This document shows, piece by piece, positions 1 to 8,600 of a DNA stretch of 43,192 nucleotides (positions within the stretch are counted from its first letter, which is position 1; the number at the start of each line of letters is the position of its first letter). The notes under the pieces were generated by a model that saw nothing but the letters and a program-made list of their open reading frames with translations, did not search any database and had not been told where the DNA came from. Source of the stretch: a virus (Duplodnaviria > Caudoviricetes); the IMG/VR virus record IMGVR_UViG_3300009095_000027, positions 1 to 43,192 of that record; one strand, 5' to 3'. A program made the translations under genes and the position numbers.

Positions 1-30
1 CAGCGGAGGCGCAGGGACGGAAGGTCAAGG
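1..30. repeat. 30-bp direct repeat identical to 43002-43031 (circularisation overlap within the HNH gene)
   Basis: CAGCGGAGGCGCAGGGACGGAAGGTCAAGG occurs at both positions. Confidence 0.95.
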
Positions 31-63
31 TGTGCATCGGCGAGGATGGATGGCCGATAGGAT

Positions 64-120
64 AGGGGGGGGAGGCAAACTATTCAGACCGACCCCGACG
101 GACACCGTCGCCCGGACCTC
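64..120. other. probable cos region between HNH gene and terminase small subunit
   Basis: G-run followed by GC-rich ACACCGTCGCCCG between the HNH C-terminus and terS, the usual cos location in HK97-like phages; exact cut site not determinable. Confidence 0.5.
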
Positions 121-165
121 TTCTTCGATAAGTCGTAACAATTTCCAAACGCGTAGGAACAAAAC

Positions 166-573
166 ATGAGCAAGAAATCATCGGCCAGCCTGAGTGTGCT
201 GCCGGTGCAGCCGCTTGCGCGCTTGGCGCCCCCGGAGGGCTTGAGTAAGGCTGAGGCCGAAATGTGGCAGGCCGTGGTGGATAGCAAGCCGGCCGACTGG
301 TTCGCGGAGGACTCTGCCCCGTTACTGCTTGAATACGTGCGGGCAAAGGTGTCGTGTGATGTGCTTCATGCGCAGGTTCAGGCGGCTTTGTCCGGGGGTG
401 ATCCGAAGGAGATTAAAGAGGCGATGCAGCTTCGGGATATGGAGTCCCGTCGGCTGCTGTCCATCGGGACGAAGTTGCGCTTGACGCAGCAAAGCCGATA
501 CACGCCCAAGGCGGCGTCGACGGCCAACCGTGGGGCATCAAGCAGGAAGCCGTGGCAGGTCGCCGCAAAGTAA
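166..573 (+). CDS. terS: terminase small subunit (P27-family-like)
   Basis: PPEGLS..EAEMW N-terminus and KLRLTQQSR C-terminal motif; overlaps terL. Confidence 0.8.
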   Translation: MSKKSSASLSVLPVQPLARLAPPEGLSKAEAEMWQAVVDSKPADWFAEDSAPLLLEYVRAKVSCDVLHAQVQAALSGGDPKEIKEAMQLRDMESRRLLSIGTKLRLTQQSRYTPKAASTANRGASSRKPWQVAAK

Positions 574-2069
574 GCCGAGGGGAGCGCAACGCCGCGTGGA
601 TTGAGGCTATGTGCTGCGTGCCGGAGGGCGCGTTGGTCGGGCAACCGGTGAAGCTGCGGAAGTGGCAGCGCGAAATTCTCAAGGGGATATACGACACCCC
701 GACGCGCCGGGCGATCATTTCGTTTGGGCGGAAGAACGGAAAGACCGCTCTTTCTGCTTTTCTGCTGTTGCTGCACCTAGTCGGCCCCGAGGCCAAGGCA
801 AATAGCCAACTGTTCAGTGCGGCGCAGTCGCGAGAACAGGCCTCAATTCTGTTCGCGCTTGCGGCGAAATGCGTTCGCATGTCTCCGGACCTGGCGCAAT
901 ACGTCGTGGTCCGGGATACGGCGAAAGAGTTGCTGTGTCCGGAGTTGGGCACGAAATACCGGGCACTGTCCGCCGAGGCGTCAACGGCATACGGCTTGTC
1001 GCCGGTGTTTGTGGTGCACGACGAGCTTGGGCAGGTCAAAGGCCCGCGATCGGAGTTGTACGAAGCGCTCGAGACCGCGTCCGCCGCTCAGGAGGCCCCG
1101 CTGTCGATCATTATCAGCACGCAGGCGCCTACAGATGCGGATCTGCTGTCGTTGCTGATTGACGACGCGAAGGCGAAGGCCGACCCGGAAACGAAGTTGT
1201 GGCTCTATACGGCGCCGGATGATCTCGATCCATTCGCGGACGAGGCGATCATCGCGGCCAATCCCGCGTTCGGTGACTTCCAGAATCCTAAGGAGGTGCG
1301 TAAGCAGGCCGAGACGGCGAAGCGCATGCCGAGCGCGGAGAACGCCTATCGAAATCTGATCCTTAATCAGCGCGTGAACATGAGCAATCCATTCGTGTCG
1401 CGCGCGGTGTGGGAGATGAATGCGGAGGCGCCGGATTACGAGGCGTTTGATAGCGACGTCTTTGTCGGGCTGGACCTGTCGGCGCGGCATGACTTGACCG
1501 CGGCGGTTGCGGTGGTGAAGCGCGACGGCAAGTGGCATGTCTGGCCGACGTTCTTCGTGCCGCAGCAGGGCATTGCGGAGCGATCGGCACGCGACCGTGT
1601 TCCGTATGACGTGTGGGCGAAGCAGGGGCTTTTGATGCTCACGCCGGGCAACACGGTGGACTATGAGTTTGTCGCCAAGTGGCTGGTCGAGTTCTGCGAG
1701 GATCATGGCGTTAAGTCGATCCGGTTTGACCGGTGGCGCATGGACGTGTTCAAAGCAGAGCTTGCGCGGCTGGGCGTCGAATTGCCGATGGAGGAATTCG
1801 GCCAAGGCTACAAATCCATGACCCCGGCGCTCGACACGCTCGAGGCCGAATTGGTGGAAGGCAATCTGCGGCACGGCAACCATCCAGTGCTGAATATGTG
1901 CGCGGCCAACGCGGTCGCGATATCTGACCCGGCCGGCAACCGGAAACTCGACAAGAGCAAGGCGACAGGCCGTATCGACGGGATGGTTGCTTTAGTGATG
2001 GCGATCGGCGGTGCTGCGGAGGCGGTGGACGAGCCTCCCAAGAAACTGCAGATGTTCATGCTTGGGTAA
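552..2069 (+). CDS. terL: terminase large subunit
   Basis: Walker A GRKNGKT, Walker B VVHDELG, ISTQ coupling motif, nuclease GLDLS and KSKATGRIDGMVA. Confidence 0.97.
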   Translation: MAGRRKVSRGERNAAWIEAMCCVPEGALVGQPVKLRKWQREILKGIYDTPTRRAIISFGRKNGKTALSAFLLLLHLVGPEAKANSQLFSAAQSREQASILFALAAKCVRMSPDLAQYVVVRDTAKELLCPELGTKYRALSAEASTAYGLSPVFVVHDELGQVKGPRSELYEALETASAAQEAPLSIIISTQAPTDADLLSLLIDDAKAKADPETKLWLYTAPDDLDPFADEAIIAANPAFGDFQNPKEVRKQAETAKRMPSAENAYRNLILNQRVNMSNPFVSRAVWEMNAEAPDYEAFDSDVFVGLDLSARHDLTAAVAVVKRDGKWHVWPTFFVPQQGIAERSARDRVPYDVWAKQGLLMLTPGNTVDYEFVAKWLVEFCEDHGVKSIRFDRWRMDVFKAELARLGVELPMEEFGQGYKSMTPALDTLEAELVEGNLRHGNHPVLNMCAANAVAISDPAGNRKLDKSKATGRIDGMVALVMAIGGAAEAVDEPPKKLQMFMLG

Positions 2070-2079
2070 AGGAATTCAC

Positions 2080-2628
2080 ATGGAAACGAACCGCGCCTAT
2101 TCGGTGCTTGAGATCAAGTCGGTGGACGGCGACGAGCGCGTGATTAAGGGCTTGGCGACCTCGCCTGTCCCTGATCGCGCGGGGGATATTGTAGAGCCGC
2201 TGGGTGTGAAGTTCACGAACCCACTGCCGCTGCTGTGGCAACACCAGCACGATAAGCCGATTGGTCATGTGGTGTTCGACAAGCCGACCGAGAAGGGCAT
2301 TACCTTTACGGCGACGCTGCCGAAGATCGAAGAAGCAGGCCCGCTGAAAGACCTCGTCGATATGGCGTGGCAGTCAATCAAGGCGAAGCTGGTGCGTGGC
2401 GTGTCGATTGGTTTCCGTGCGCTTAAATATGCGTACATTGAAAACGGCGGAATCCACTTCCAGGAGACTGAGGTTTACGAGTTGTCGGCGGTGACGATCC
2501 CGATGCATCAGTTGGCGACGATTCAGGCCATCAAGGCGATGGACGCGGCGACGCGAGGTAGTGCGGTGCCGCTCATTTCCGCCCGTGATGAGCACATCAG
2601 ACGCGGGGCTGTATCGCTGACGCGCTAA
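2080..2628 (+). CDS. HK97-family prohead protease
   Basis: DRAGDIVEP, PLLWQHQHDKPIG, GVSIGF, ELSAVTIP motifs; AGGA RBS before ATG 2080. Confidence 0.93.
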   Translation: METNRAYSVLEIKSVDGDERVIKGLATSPVPDRAGDIVEPLGVKFTNPLPLLWQHQHDKPIGHVVFDKPTEKGITFTATLPKIEEAGPLKDLVDMAWQSIKAKLVRGVSIGFRALKYAYIENGGIHFQETEVYELSAVTIPMHQLATIQAIKAMDAATRGSAVPLISARDEHIRRGAVSLTR

Positions 2629-2649
2629 GGCGCAATCACTCAATTTTAA

Positions 2650-2674
2650 GGCTCGCTTCGGCGGGCCTTTTTTG
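2650..2674 (+). terminator. intrinsic terminator after protease
   Basis: GGCTCGC-TTCG-GCGGGCC stem followed by T-run. Confidence 0.75.
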
Positions 2675-2793
2675 TTGGTTCACGCAGGCAGAGTTCCCCG
2701 TGGAACGGGAGCCAAAGGGCTGCGCGGCGACTGTCTTATTGACGGTCATTTCTCGCTGTGAAGCGACACATTCCCCATGACGGAGAACTGAAT

Positions 2794-4197
2794 ATGAAAA
2801 CTTATGCGGAGCAGATCGCTGATCTGCAAGCGACCCGCAAAGCGAAAGCGGATCGCATGAAGGAAATTCAAGCCAAGGCTGCCGAGCAATCTCGCACGCT
2901 GGATACCGGCGAGCAGGAAGAGTTTGACACGCTGAAGGGCGAAATCGGCACCATCGACAAGAACATCGCAAACCTGCGCGATCTTGAGGCGATGGAAAAG
3001 GCTGACGCCGCCACGGCTCAGCCGGTGAGCGACGCTGACAAGCGCAAGGCGACGGTTTCGACCGTGCGTACCGTGCCTGTCGAAGTGAAGAACACGCAGA
3101 AGCTGGAGCCGGGCATCGGTTTCGCCCGTCTGGCGCGCGTGAAGGCGCTGGCGCACATCAATCACGCCGACCCGGCGCAGATCGCGCAGCACGTCTACCC
3201 CGGCGACGACCAGTTGATGAACAACATCAAGACGGCGGTGCCTGCGGCGAACACCGCAAATGCCAACTTCATGGGTAACCTGGTGCTCGATAACGGCGCG
3301 TATTTCGCCGACTTCGTCGAGTATCTGCAGCCGCGCACCGTCGTCGGTCAGATCAGCGACCGCTTGCGTCGTCTGCCGTTCGATACGCAGGTGATGATTC
3401 AAACGTCGGCCGGCACCGCGAAGTGGGTGAAGGAAGGCGCAGCCAAGCCGCTGACCTCGTGGAGCTACACGAAGACCAAGCTCGCCCCTCTCAAGATCGC
3501 CGCGATTGCTGCGGCCACGAAAGAGCAGCTTGCGAGGGCTTCGGCCGCCGCTGATGCGTTGATCCGTGACGAACTGGCCCGCGCGATTGGTTCGGGCATC
3601 GACACCACGTTCATCAGTGATGCGGCTGCGGTTTCCGGCGAATCTCCTGCCGGTATCCGCAACGGCGTGGCGGCGCTGACGCTGGAAGGCGACGGCACCG
3701 TGGCGGGCATCCGCTGCGACATCGCGGCTTTCCTCAAGGCGCTGGTGGGCGACAACCTGTCGGTGTCGGGCGCGTTCTGGATCATGTCCGAAGCGACCGC
3801 GATCGACTTGTCGATGGCGACCAACGAGGTCGGTGCTCCGGCGTTCCCGGGCATCACCCCGAATGGCGGTACGCTGGCGGGTCTGCCGGTGTTCACGTCG
3901 CAGTACGTGGCCGACGAGTCGGAAGGCGCTGTTGTGATGCTGATCAAGGGCGACGAGATCTTCCTCGGCGACGAGGGCGGTATCCAAGTCTCGATGAGCG
4001 ATCAGGCGTCGTTGGTGATGGACGATGCACCGTCGATGAACAGCACGACCCCGACCGGCTCGAACTCGTTGGTCAGCCTCTGGCAGACCAACAGCGTCGG
4101 CTTTCTGGTCGAGCGCTTTATCAACTTCCAGAAGCGTCGCGACGCCGCAGTGGTGTGGGCGCACGTCAACTGGAACGCATGCGGCACGTCGGTATAA
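2794..4197 (+). CDS. major capsid protein, HK97 fold with N-terminal delta domain
   Basis: coiled-coil N-terminus, AKWVKEGAAKP, KIAAIAAATKEQL, GTLAGLPVFTS; GGAG RBS before ATG 2794. Confidence 0.95.
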   Translation: MKTYAEQIADLQATRKAKADRMKEIQAKAAEQSRTLDTGEQEEFDTLKGEIGTIDKNIANLRDLEAMEKADAATAQPVSDADKRKATVSTVRTVPVEVKNTQKLEPGIGFARLARVKALAHINHADPAQIAQHVYPGDDQLMNNIKTAVPAANTANANFMGNLVLDNGAYFADFVEYLQPRTVVGQISDRLRRLPFDTQVMIQTSAGTAKWVKEGAAKPLTSWSYTKTKLAPLKIAAIAAATKEQLARASAAADALIRDELARAIGSGIDTTFISDAAAVSGESPAGIRNGVAALTLEGDGTVAGIRCDIAAFLKALVGDNLSVSGAFWIMSEATAIDLSMATNEVGAPAFPGITPNGGTLAGLPVFTSQYVADESEGAVVMLIKGDEIFLGDEGGIQVSMSDQASLVMDDAPSMNSTTPTGSNSLVSLWQTNSVGFLVERFINFQKRRDAAVVWAHVNWNACGTSV

Positions 4198-4211
4198 CCG
4201 CAGCAGCTTGA

Positions 4212-4242
4212 AGGCGGGGCGGCTTCGGTCGCCCCGTTTTCT
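4212..4242 (+). terminator. intrinsic terminator after capsid gene
   Basis: GCGGGGCGGC-TTCG-GTCGCCCCGT stem plus TTTT. Confidence 0.75.
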
Positions 4243-4261
4243 ATCTATGGCGAGGGCGTGA

Positions 4262-4474
4262 ATGCTCATTGAATACGTTTTGACGCGCAGCCGGCGCAAT
4301 GTGAGCGAAGCGGCCGGCAAGCGTTTGATCGCGTGCAAGGTCGCGCGCGAAGTGGTGGTCGAGACGCGGCGGGAACTGCCGGAGACGACCGCGCCGGATG
4401 TGGAAATTTCGCCGCGCACCGGCAAACCGAAGCGGCGATATAAGCGCCGCGACATGCGGGCAGAGGACGAATAA
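4262..4474 (+). CDS. small basic head-region protein
   Basis: fills the gap between capsid and portal, stop abuts portal ATG; C-terminal KRRYKRRDMRAE. Confidence 0.7.
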   Translation: MLIEYVLTRSRRNVSEAAGKRLIACKVAREVVVETRRELPETTAPDVEISPRTGKPKRRYKRRDMRAEDE

Positions 4475-5854
4475 ATGCGGATTTTCGGGCTGGAGATTAA
4501 ACGCGCGCAGAAAGCGCTGTCGCCTGTCTCTAGCTGGCGCCAGGGCTGGCGCGTGATCCATGAGCCGTACACCGGCGCGTGGCAGCGAAACGACGAGGTT
4601 CTGCACGGCGATCTGGTGTGTTACCCGACGCTGTACGCTTGTCTAAACCGCATTTCGAGCGACATCGGCAAACTGCCGTTTCTTCTCAAGCGCAAAGACA
4701 ATGACGGCATTTGGCAGGAGGAAGAAAACCCCTCTTATTCGCCGGTCTTGCGCAAGCCGAACCAGTATCAAACGGCGCAGCAATTCCGCGAGGCATGGAC
4801 GCTGTCGAAGCTGATCGCCGGCAATGCCTACATTCTCAAGCAGCGCGATAACCGTGGCGTCGTGGTCGCACTTTATGTGCTGGATCCGTGCCGCGTGATT
4901 CCGATGGTGTCTGACGCTGGCAATGTGTTCTATCAGTTGAACTACACCAGCTCGCAAAATTTACTTCCTGAAGCATACCCGGCGCAGCAAATTGTTGTTC
5001 CTGCGTCTGAAATCATTCACGATCGGCTCAACTGCTTTCACCATCAGTTGATCGGCGTGCCGCCGCTGTGCGCTGCGCACTGGCCTGCGGTGAAGAACCT
5101 CCGCATCCTGCGTTCTGCGTCTGAGTTCTTTGGGAACAACGCGCAGCCCGGCGGCATTCTGACCGCGCCGGCGGGCATGAGCGAAAAGGACGCGGAAGAA
5201 TTAAAAGAGTATTGGAACAAGAACTACAGCGGCGCTAACGCTGGTCGAATTGCGGTGATCGGTGCTGATATGAAGTTCACGCCGTTTGCGATGAAGTCTG
5301 CGGATTCGCAGTTGGTTGAGCAAATGCGCTACTCGGACGAGCAAATTTGCCAGCCGTTTGGCATTCCGCCGTTCAAGATCGGCATCGGCTCTATTCCTGC
5401 GGGGATGAAGGTCGACGACATCAATCAGCTTTATTACTCCGACGCGCTGCAGTCGCACATCGAGGCGATGGAAAACCTTCTCGATGAGGGGTTGAAGATC
5501 GGTCGTCCTCTTGGCGTTGAACTTGACCTGGAGCCGCTGCTTCGGATGGATGAAGGCAAGCGGGCCGAGGTGGCGACCAAGCTTGTAGGCGGTGGCGTCG
5601 AGACCCCGAACGAGGGACGGCTCCGGTTCAACCTCCCGCCGCTTGAAGGTGGCGATACGGTCTACATGCAGCAGCAGGACTTCCCGCTTGATCAGGTGCG
5701 CAAGAACAAGATTGTGGACGCGGCGGTCTCACAGCCCGACCCGGAGCCTGACGAAACGGAGGAAGAAGCTGAGCAGCGGCGAGCTTTAAACCTTTCTGCG
5801 GTTATGTATCACGCATCGAAGGAAATTCACCAAAGGATTCGCAATGCAGCTTGA
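4475..5854 (+). CDS. portal protein, HK97 family
   Basis: YACLNRISSDIGKLP, PNQYQTAQQF, GNAY, PGGIL, TPNEGR motifs. Confidence 0.95.
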   Translation: MRIFGLEIKRAQKALSPVSSWRQGWRVIHEPYTGAWQRNDEVLHGDLVCYPTLYACLNRISSDIGKLPFLLKRKDNDGIWQEEENPSYSPVLRKPNQYQTAQQFREAWTLSKLIAGNAYILKQRDNRGVVVALYVLDPCRVIPMVSDAGNVFYQLNYTSSQNLLPEAYPAQQIVVPASEIIHDRLNCFHHQLIGVPPLCAAHWPAVKNLRILRSASEFFGNNAQPGGILTAPAGMSEKDAEELKEYWNKNYSGANAGRIAVIGADMKFTPFAMKSADSQLVEQMRYSDEQICQPFGIPPFKIGIGSIPAGMKVDDINQLYYSDALQSHIEAMENLLDEGLKIGRPLGVELDLEPLLRMDEGKRAEVATKLVGGGVETPNEGRLRFNLPPLEGGDTVYMQQQDFPLDQVRKNKIVDAAVSQPDPEPDETEEEAEQRRALNLSAVMYHASKEIHQRIRNAA

Positions 5855-6635
5855 CGTAAAGGCGTTGGGCGTCGAGATCGGCGCCCTTGTCGCGGATGCT
5901 ATCGCGCCTCTTGCGAAGGAGATCGAGGGCTTGCGCGCCAAGGTGGCCGAACTGGAGTCCCGCGAGCCGGTTAAGGGCATCGACGGGAAAGACGGTCGCG
6001 ACGGGCAGGATGGCCAATCGGTGACGGTTGACGATGTTGCGCCGCTGATCAAAGAGTTGGTAGACAAGGCTGTTGCCGGGATCCCGCAGCCCAAAAATGG
6101 CGAGCGTGGCGAGAAGGGGGACAAAGGCGATAAAGGCGACAAGGGCGACAAGGGCGACCCAGGTGCTGACGGGAAAGACGGCGCTGGCATTGCCGACCTG
6201 CTGATTGACCGTGACGGCGTTTTAGTCGCGACGTTCACTGATGGCCGTATGAAGTCGCTTGGCTGCGTTGTTGGCCGCGATGGCAAGGATGGGCGCGACG
6301 GCAAAGACGGCCTTAGCTTTGAGCACGCTAAAGGGGTGTTCGACGCTGAGCGTGGCTTTGTAATCACGCTGACCAATGGCGAGTGTTCTGCTGAATTCGT
6401 GTTGCCATACATGCGGCACGCGGGGTTCTGGAGTGAAGGCAAGATGGCTCAGGCCGGGGTTTCTATGACGCACGATGGCGCGTTGTGGATTGCCAAGCGC
6501 GACACGAAGGCGAAGCCGTGCCTCGAAAACAGCGAGGACTGGATTCTGGCCGCGCGCAAGGGTAGGGATGGCAAAGAAGGGCCGCGAGGGCCAAAGGGCG
6601 AACCGCCTGCGCCTGTGCCGATTACGGGACGCTGA
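5844..6635 (+). CDS. collagen-like (Gly-X-Y) head-associated protein
   Basis: several GKDGRDG/GDKGDKG tracts separated by globular segments; overlaps portal stop. Confidence 0.8.
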   Translation: MQLDVKALGVEIGALVADAIAPLAKEIEGLRAKVAELESREPVKGIDGKDGRDGQDGQSVTVDDVAPLIKELVDKAVAGIPQPKNGERGEKGDKGDKGDKGDKGDPGADGKDGAGIADLLIDRDGVLVATFTDGRMKSLGCVVGRDGKDGRDGKDGLSFEHAKGVFDAERGFVITLTNGECSAEFVLPYMRHAGFWSEGKMAQAGVSMTHDGALWIAKRDTKAKPCLENSEDWILAARKGRDGKEGPRGPKGEPPAPVPITGR

Positions 6636-6651
6636 TTTCAGGCGAGAGGAC

Positions 6652-6660
6652 TGATAAAAT
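6652..6660 (+). promoter_or_regulatory. extended -10 promoter of moron
   Basis: TG-A-TAAAAT upstream of a structured leader. Confidence 0.45.
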
Positions 6661-6686
6661 CAATCGAACTTGATTTATTATTGGTT

Positions 6687-6770
6687 TGTGCGGCTAGGAT
6701 AGCTTCCGAAAGCCCCGTTTCCTACCGGGGTTGCCGCACACCTGATTAAGTAGGAGTCACGATAGGAGGT
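6687..6770 (+). ncRNA. candidate cis-regulatory leader RNA (multi-stem, anti-SD loop)
   Basis: TGTGCGGC(6687-94)/GCCGCACA(6733-40) outer stem; AGCCCCG/CGGGGTT inner stem with loop TTTCCTAC complementary to downstream GTAGGA and TAGGA(GGT). Confidence 0.55.
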
Positions 6771-6773
6771 GAC

Positions 6774-7262
6774 ATGGAAGTGAAAGAAATAGCAGAACAA
6801 GTTGCTGCTGCGTTGAGCGCTGACTTCAAGGAAGACCGCCAACTACTAAGGGATTTGGTTAAGCAGGCTACGCTAAGTCGGATTGTTAGCGAGGTAGAAA
6901 ACTACACAACAGCCGCGTTATCCAATCAATATAGCAGCGAGTTTTCAGAAATAATTGCGGCGACAATAAAAGTCTGGATTGAAAGCGGGGCGCTCAAGGT
7001 TAGGCCAACCGCAAGAGCCAAAAGAGCGTTTGAACGGACCTTGGAAGAGGTTTCATCTCCCGAGTGGGAGAGGCTGTTTCCGGCGCGGGACTGGCAAATT
7101 TATATTGCGCACAAAAGCAAGCAATCGACAAAAAAAGAACTGGCAGAGCAGTTTGATGTTAGCCAGACCAGAGTGAATCAGATAATTCGCCGCGTAGATC
7201 GTGATGTGCAGAGGACAATTGGTCTTTTAGAGTCGGTTGGGTATACAGTTTCGCCGGGATAG
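6774..7262 (+). CDS. moron protein with C-terminal sigma70 region-4-like HTH
   Basis: TAGGAGGT RBS; AT-richer than flanks; STKKELAEQFDVSQTRVNQIIRR. Confidence 0.75.
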   Translation: MEVKEIAEQVAAALSADFKEDRQLLRDLVKQATLSRIVSEVENYTTAALSNQYSSEFSEIIAATIKVWIESGALKVRPTARAKRAFERTLEEVSSPEWERLFPARDWQIYIAHKSKQSTKKELAEQFDVSQTRVNQIIRRVDRDVQRTIGLLESVGYTVSPG

Positions 7263-7281
7263 TAGGCAGATGGGATGTGAT

Positions 7282-7310
7282 AGGCCGCCATTGTGCGGCC
7301 TTTTTTTATT
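7282..7310 (+). terminator. intrinsic terminator closing the moron
   Basis: AGGCCGC...GCGGCCT stem plus T-run. Confidence 0.75.
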
Positions 7311-7321
7311 GGGTCGAATAT

Positions 7322-7750
7322 ATGTCGTTTGAACTTGTCACGATCGAGGACGCCCGCGCGCATCTGCGACTCGACTATGAGTCGGATTCGGACGGTGATA
7401 CTCATGGCCCGGACGATCCGTGGTTGCAGACGGCTATTCCCGCGATCAGCGAAGCGGTGCGCGGCTGGCTGAAAGACGACTGGCGCTTGTACCTGCCCGC
7501 GCGCGATTCAACCGGGGCGGTTGTGCTGGATAGCAACGACGACCCGGTGCCGGCCGAGGACAGCAACGGCGACCCCATTGTGCATCCGACGGTGCGACTC
7601 GCCGTGCTGGTCGAACTGGCCTCGGTGTTTCGATTCCGCGAAGGCGAAGGCAAGGACAACGTCGTCACGCCCGATGCCGGATACGGCTATGTGCTCAACA
7701 AGGCGTCCACGGCTCTGCTCACGCCGCTGCGCCGCCCGACGGTGATTTGA
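7322..7750 (+). CDS. head-tail adaptor (HK97 gp6/SPP1 gp15-like)
   Basis: LVTIEDARAHLRLD, VRLAVL, FRFREG, ALLTPLRRP. Confidence 0.85.
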   Translation: MSFELVTIEDARAHLRLDYESDSDGDTHGPDDPWLQTAIPAISEAVRGWLKDDWRLYLPARDSTGAVVLDSNDDPVPAEDSNGDPIVHPTVRLAVLVELASVFRFREGEGKDNVVTPDAGYGYVLNKASTALLTPLRRPTVI

Positions 7751-8091
7751 TGTCTGGCATCGCGTCGGGGAAACTGGAGAACCAAGTCAAACTCCAGCGC
7801 AAGATCGTCCAGCAGGATGCCATTACTGGCGAGATGAAGACCACGTGGTCCACGGCGGCGACGGTCTGGGCGGATATGAATTATCAGTCGGTCCGCGAAT
7901 TCGTGGCGGCCGGCGCCGAGCAGTCCGAGGTTCGCGGTTACGCGCAAATCCGCTATCGGTCGGATGTGGATGCGACGTGGCGAATCTTGCACCGGGGCCG
8001 ATACTACAGAATCTTGGGCGTGATGCCGGATAACGATTCCGGACTTGAGCATTTGACGCTGGCGCTATCCGAAGGCGTCCGCGTTGCCTGA
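7750..8091 (+). CDS. head closure protein (SPP1 gp16-like)
   Basis: GKLENQVKLQ, TW..ATVWA, IRYRSDV..WRI.HRGRYY.I. Confidence 0.88.
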   Translation: MSGIASGKLENQVKLQRKIVQQDAITGEMKTTWSTAATVWADMNYQSVREFVAAGAEQSEVRGYAQIRYRSDVDATWRILHRGRYYRILGVMPDNDSGLEHLTLALSEGVRVA

Positions 8092-8600
8092 TGCTGTGGT
8101 TCTGCCTTGCGCCTGGCCCTTCGATGAGCCGGGAACTGGCTGAGCGCGTCCGGGGGCAAAAGGTCTGCGTCGTTGGGAATACCTACGAGCTGGCGCCGTG
8201 GGCCGATGTGCTGGTCGCGAACGACACGAAGTGGTGGCGACTGCACCCGGAGGCTCATGGTTTCGCAGGACGGAAGTTCAGCGCGAACAAGATTGCCGGC
8301 GTCGAGCAAATCCAGCCCAACACATTCGGCAGCCGCAGCAATAGCGGCGTCTTGGCTTTGGACTGCCTGCGCAACCTGGGCGCAACCCGCGTTGTGCTGC
8401 TGGGGTTCGATATGCACGGCACGCACTTTTTTGGGCCGTACACGAACGGCTGCGCCAATACGAGCGACTTCCGCCGAAAAGCGCATCTGCAGCAGTTCAA
8501 GCAATGGCGAGCGAAGAACAAAGAAATCGAGATTTTTAACTGCACACAAGGCAGCGCCTTGAAGTGCTTCCCATTGGCGAGGTTGGAGGATGTGCTTTGA
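8091..8600 (+). CDS. CstII/Maf-like (GT42/DUF115-type Rossmann fold) putative glycosyltransferase
   Basis: CLAPGPSM, VVGN, NSGVLAL..LGATRVVLLGFDM..HFF, IFNCT..SAL motifs. Confidence 0.65.
   Translation: MLWFCLAPGPSMSRELAERVRGQKVCVVGNTYELAPWADVLVANDTKWWRLHPEAHGFAGRKFSANKIAGVEQIQPNTFGSRSNSGVLALDCLRNLGATRVVLLGFDMHGTHFFGPYTNGCANTSDFRRKAHLQQFKQWRAKNKEIEIFNCTQGSALKCFPLARLEDVL

Noticed and set aside
981-1883. 300-aa antisense ORF in terL, and similar long antisense ORFs (e.g. 19292-20155, 37190-37978, 32080-32760)
   Set aside because: They lie opposite well-supported genes and have Arg-rich shadow composition.
2746-4572. 608-aa antisense ORF over the capsid gene
   Set aside because: Shadow ORF of a GC3-rich gene; no motifs or RBS.
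6687-6745. HDV-like or other self-cleaving ribozyme
   Set aside because: Could not map the required nested double pseudoknot or catalytic residues; anti-SD pairing explains it better.
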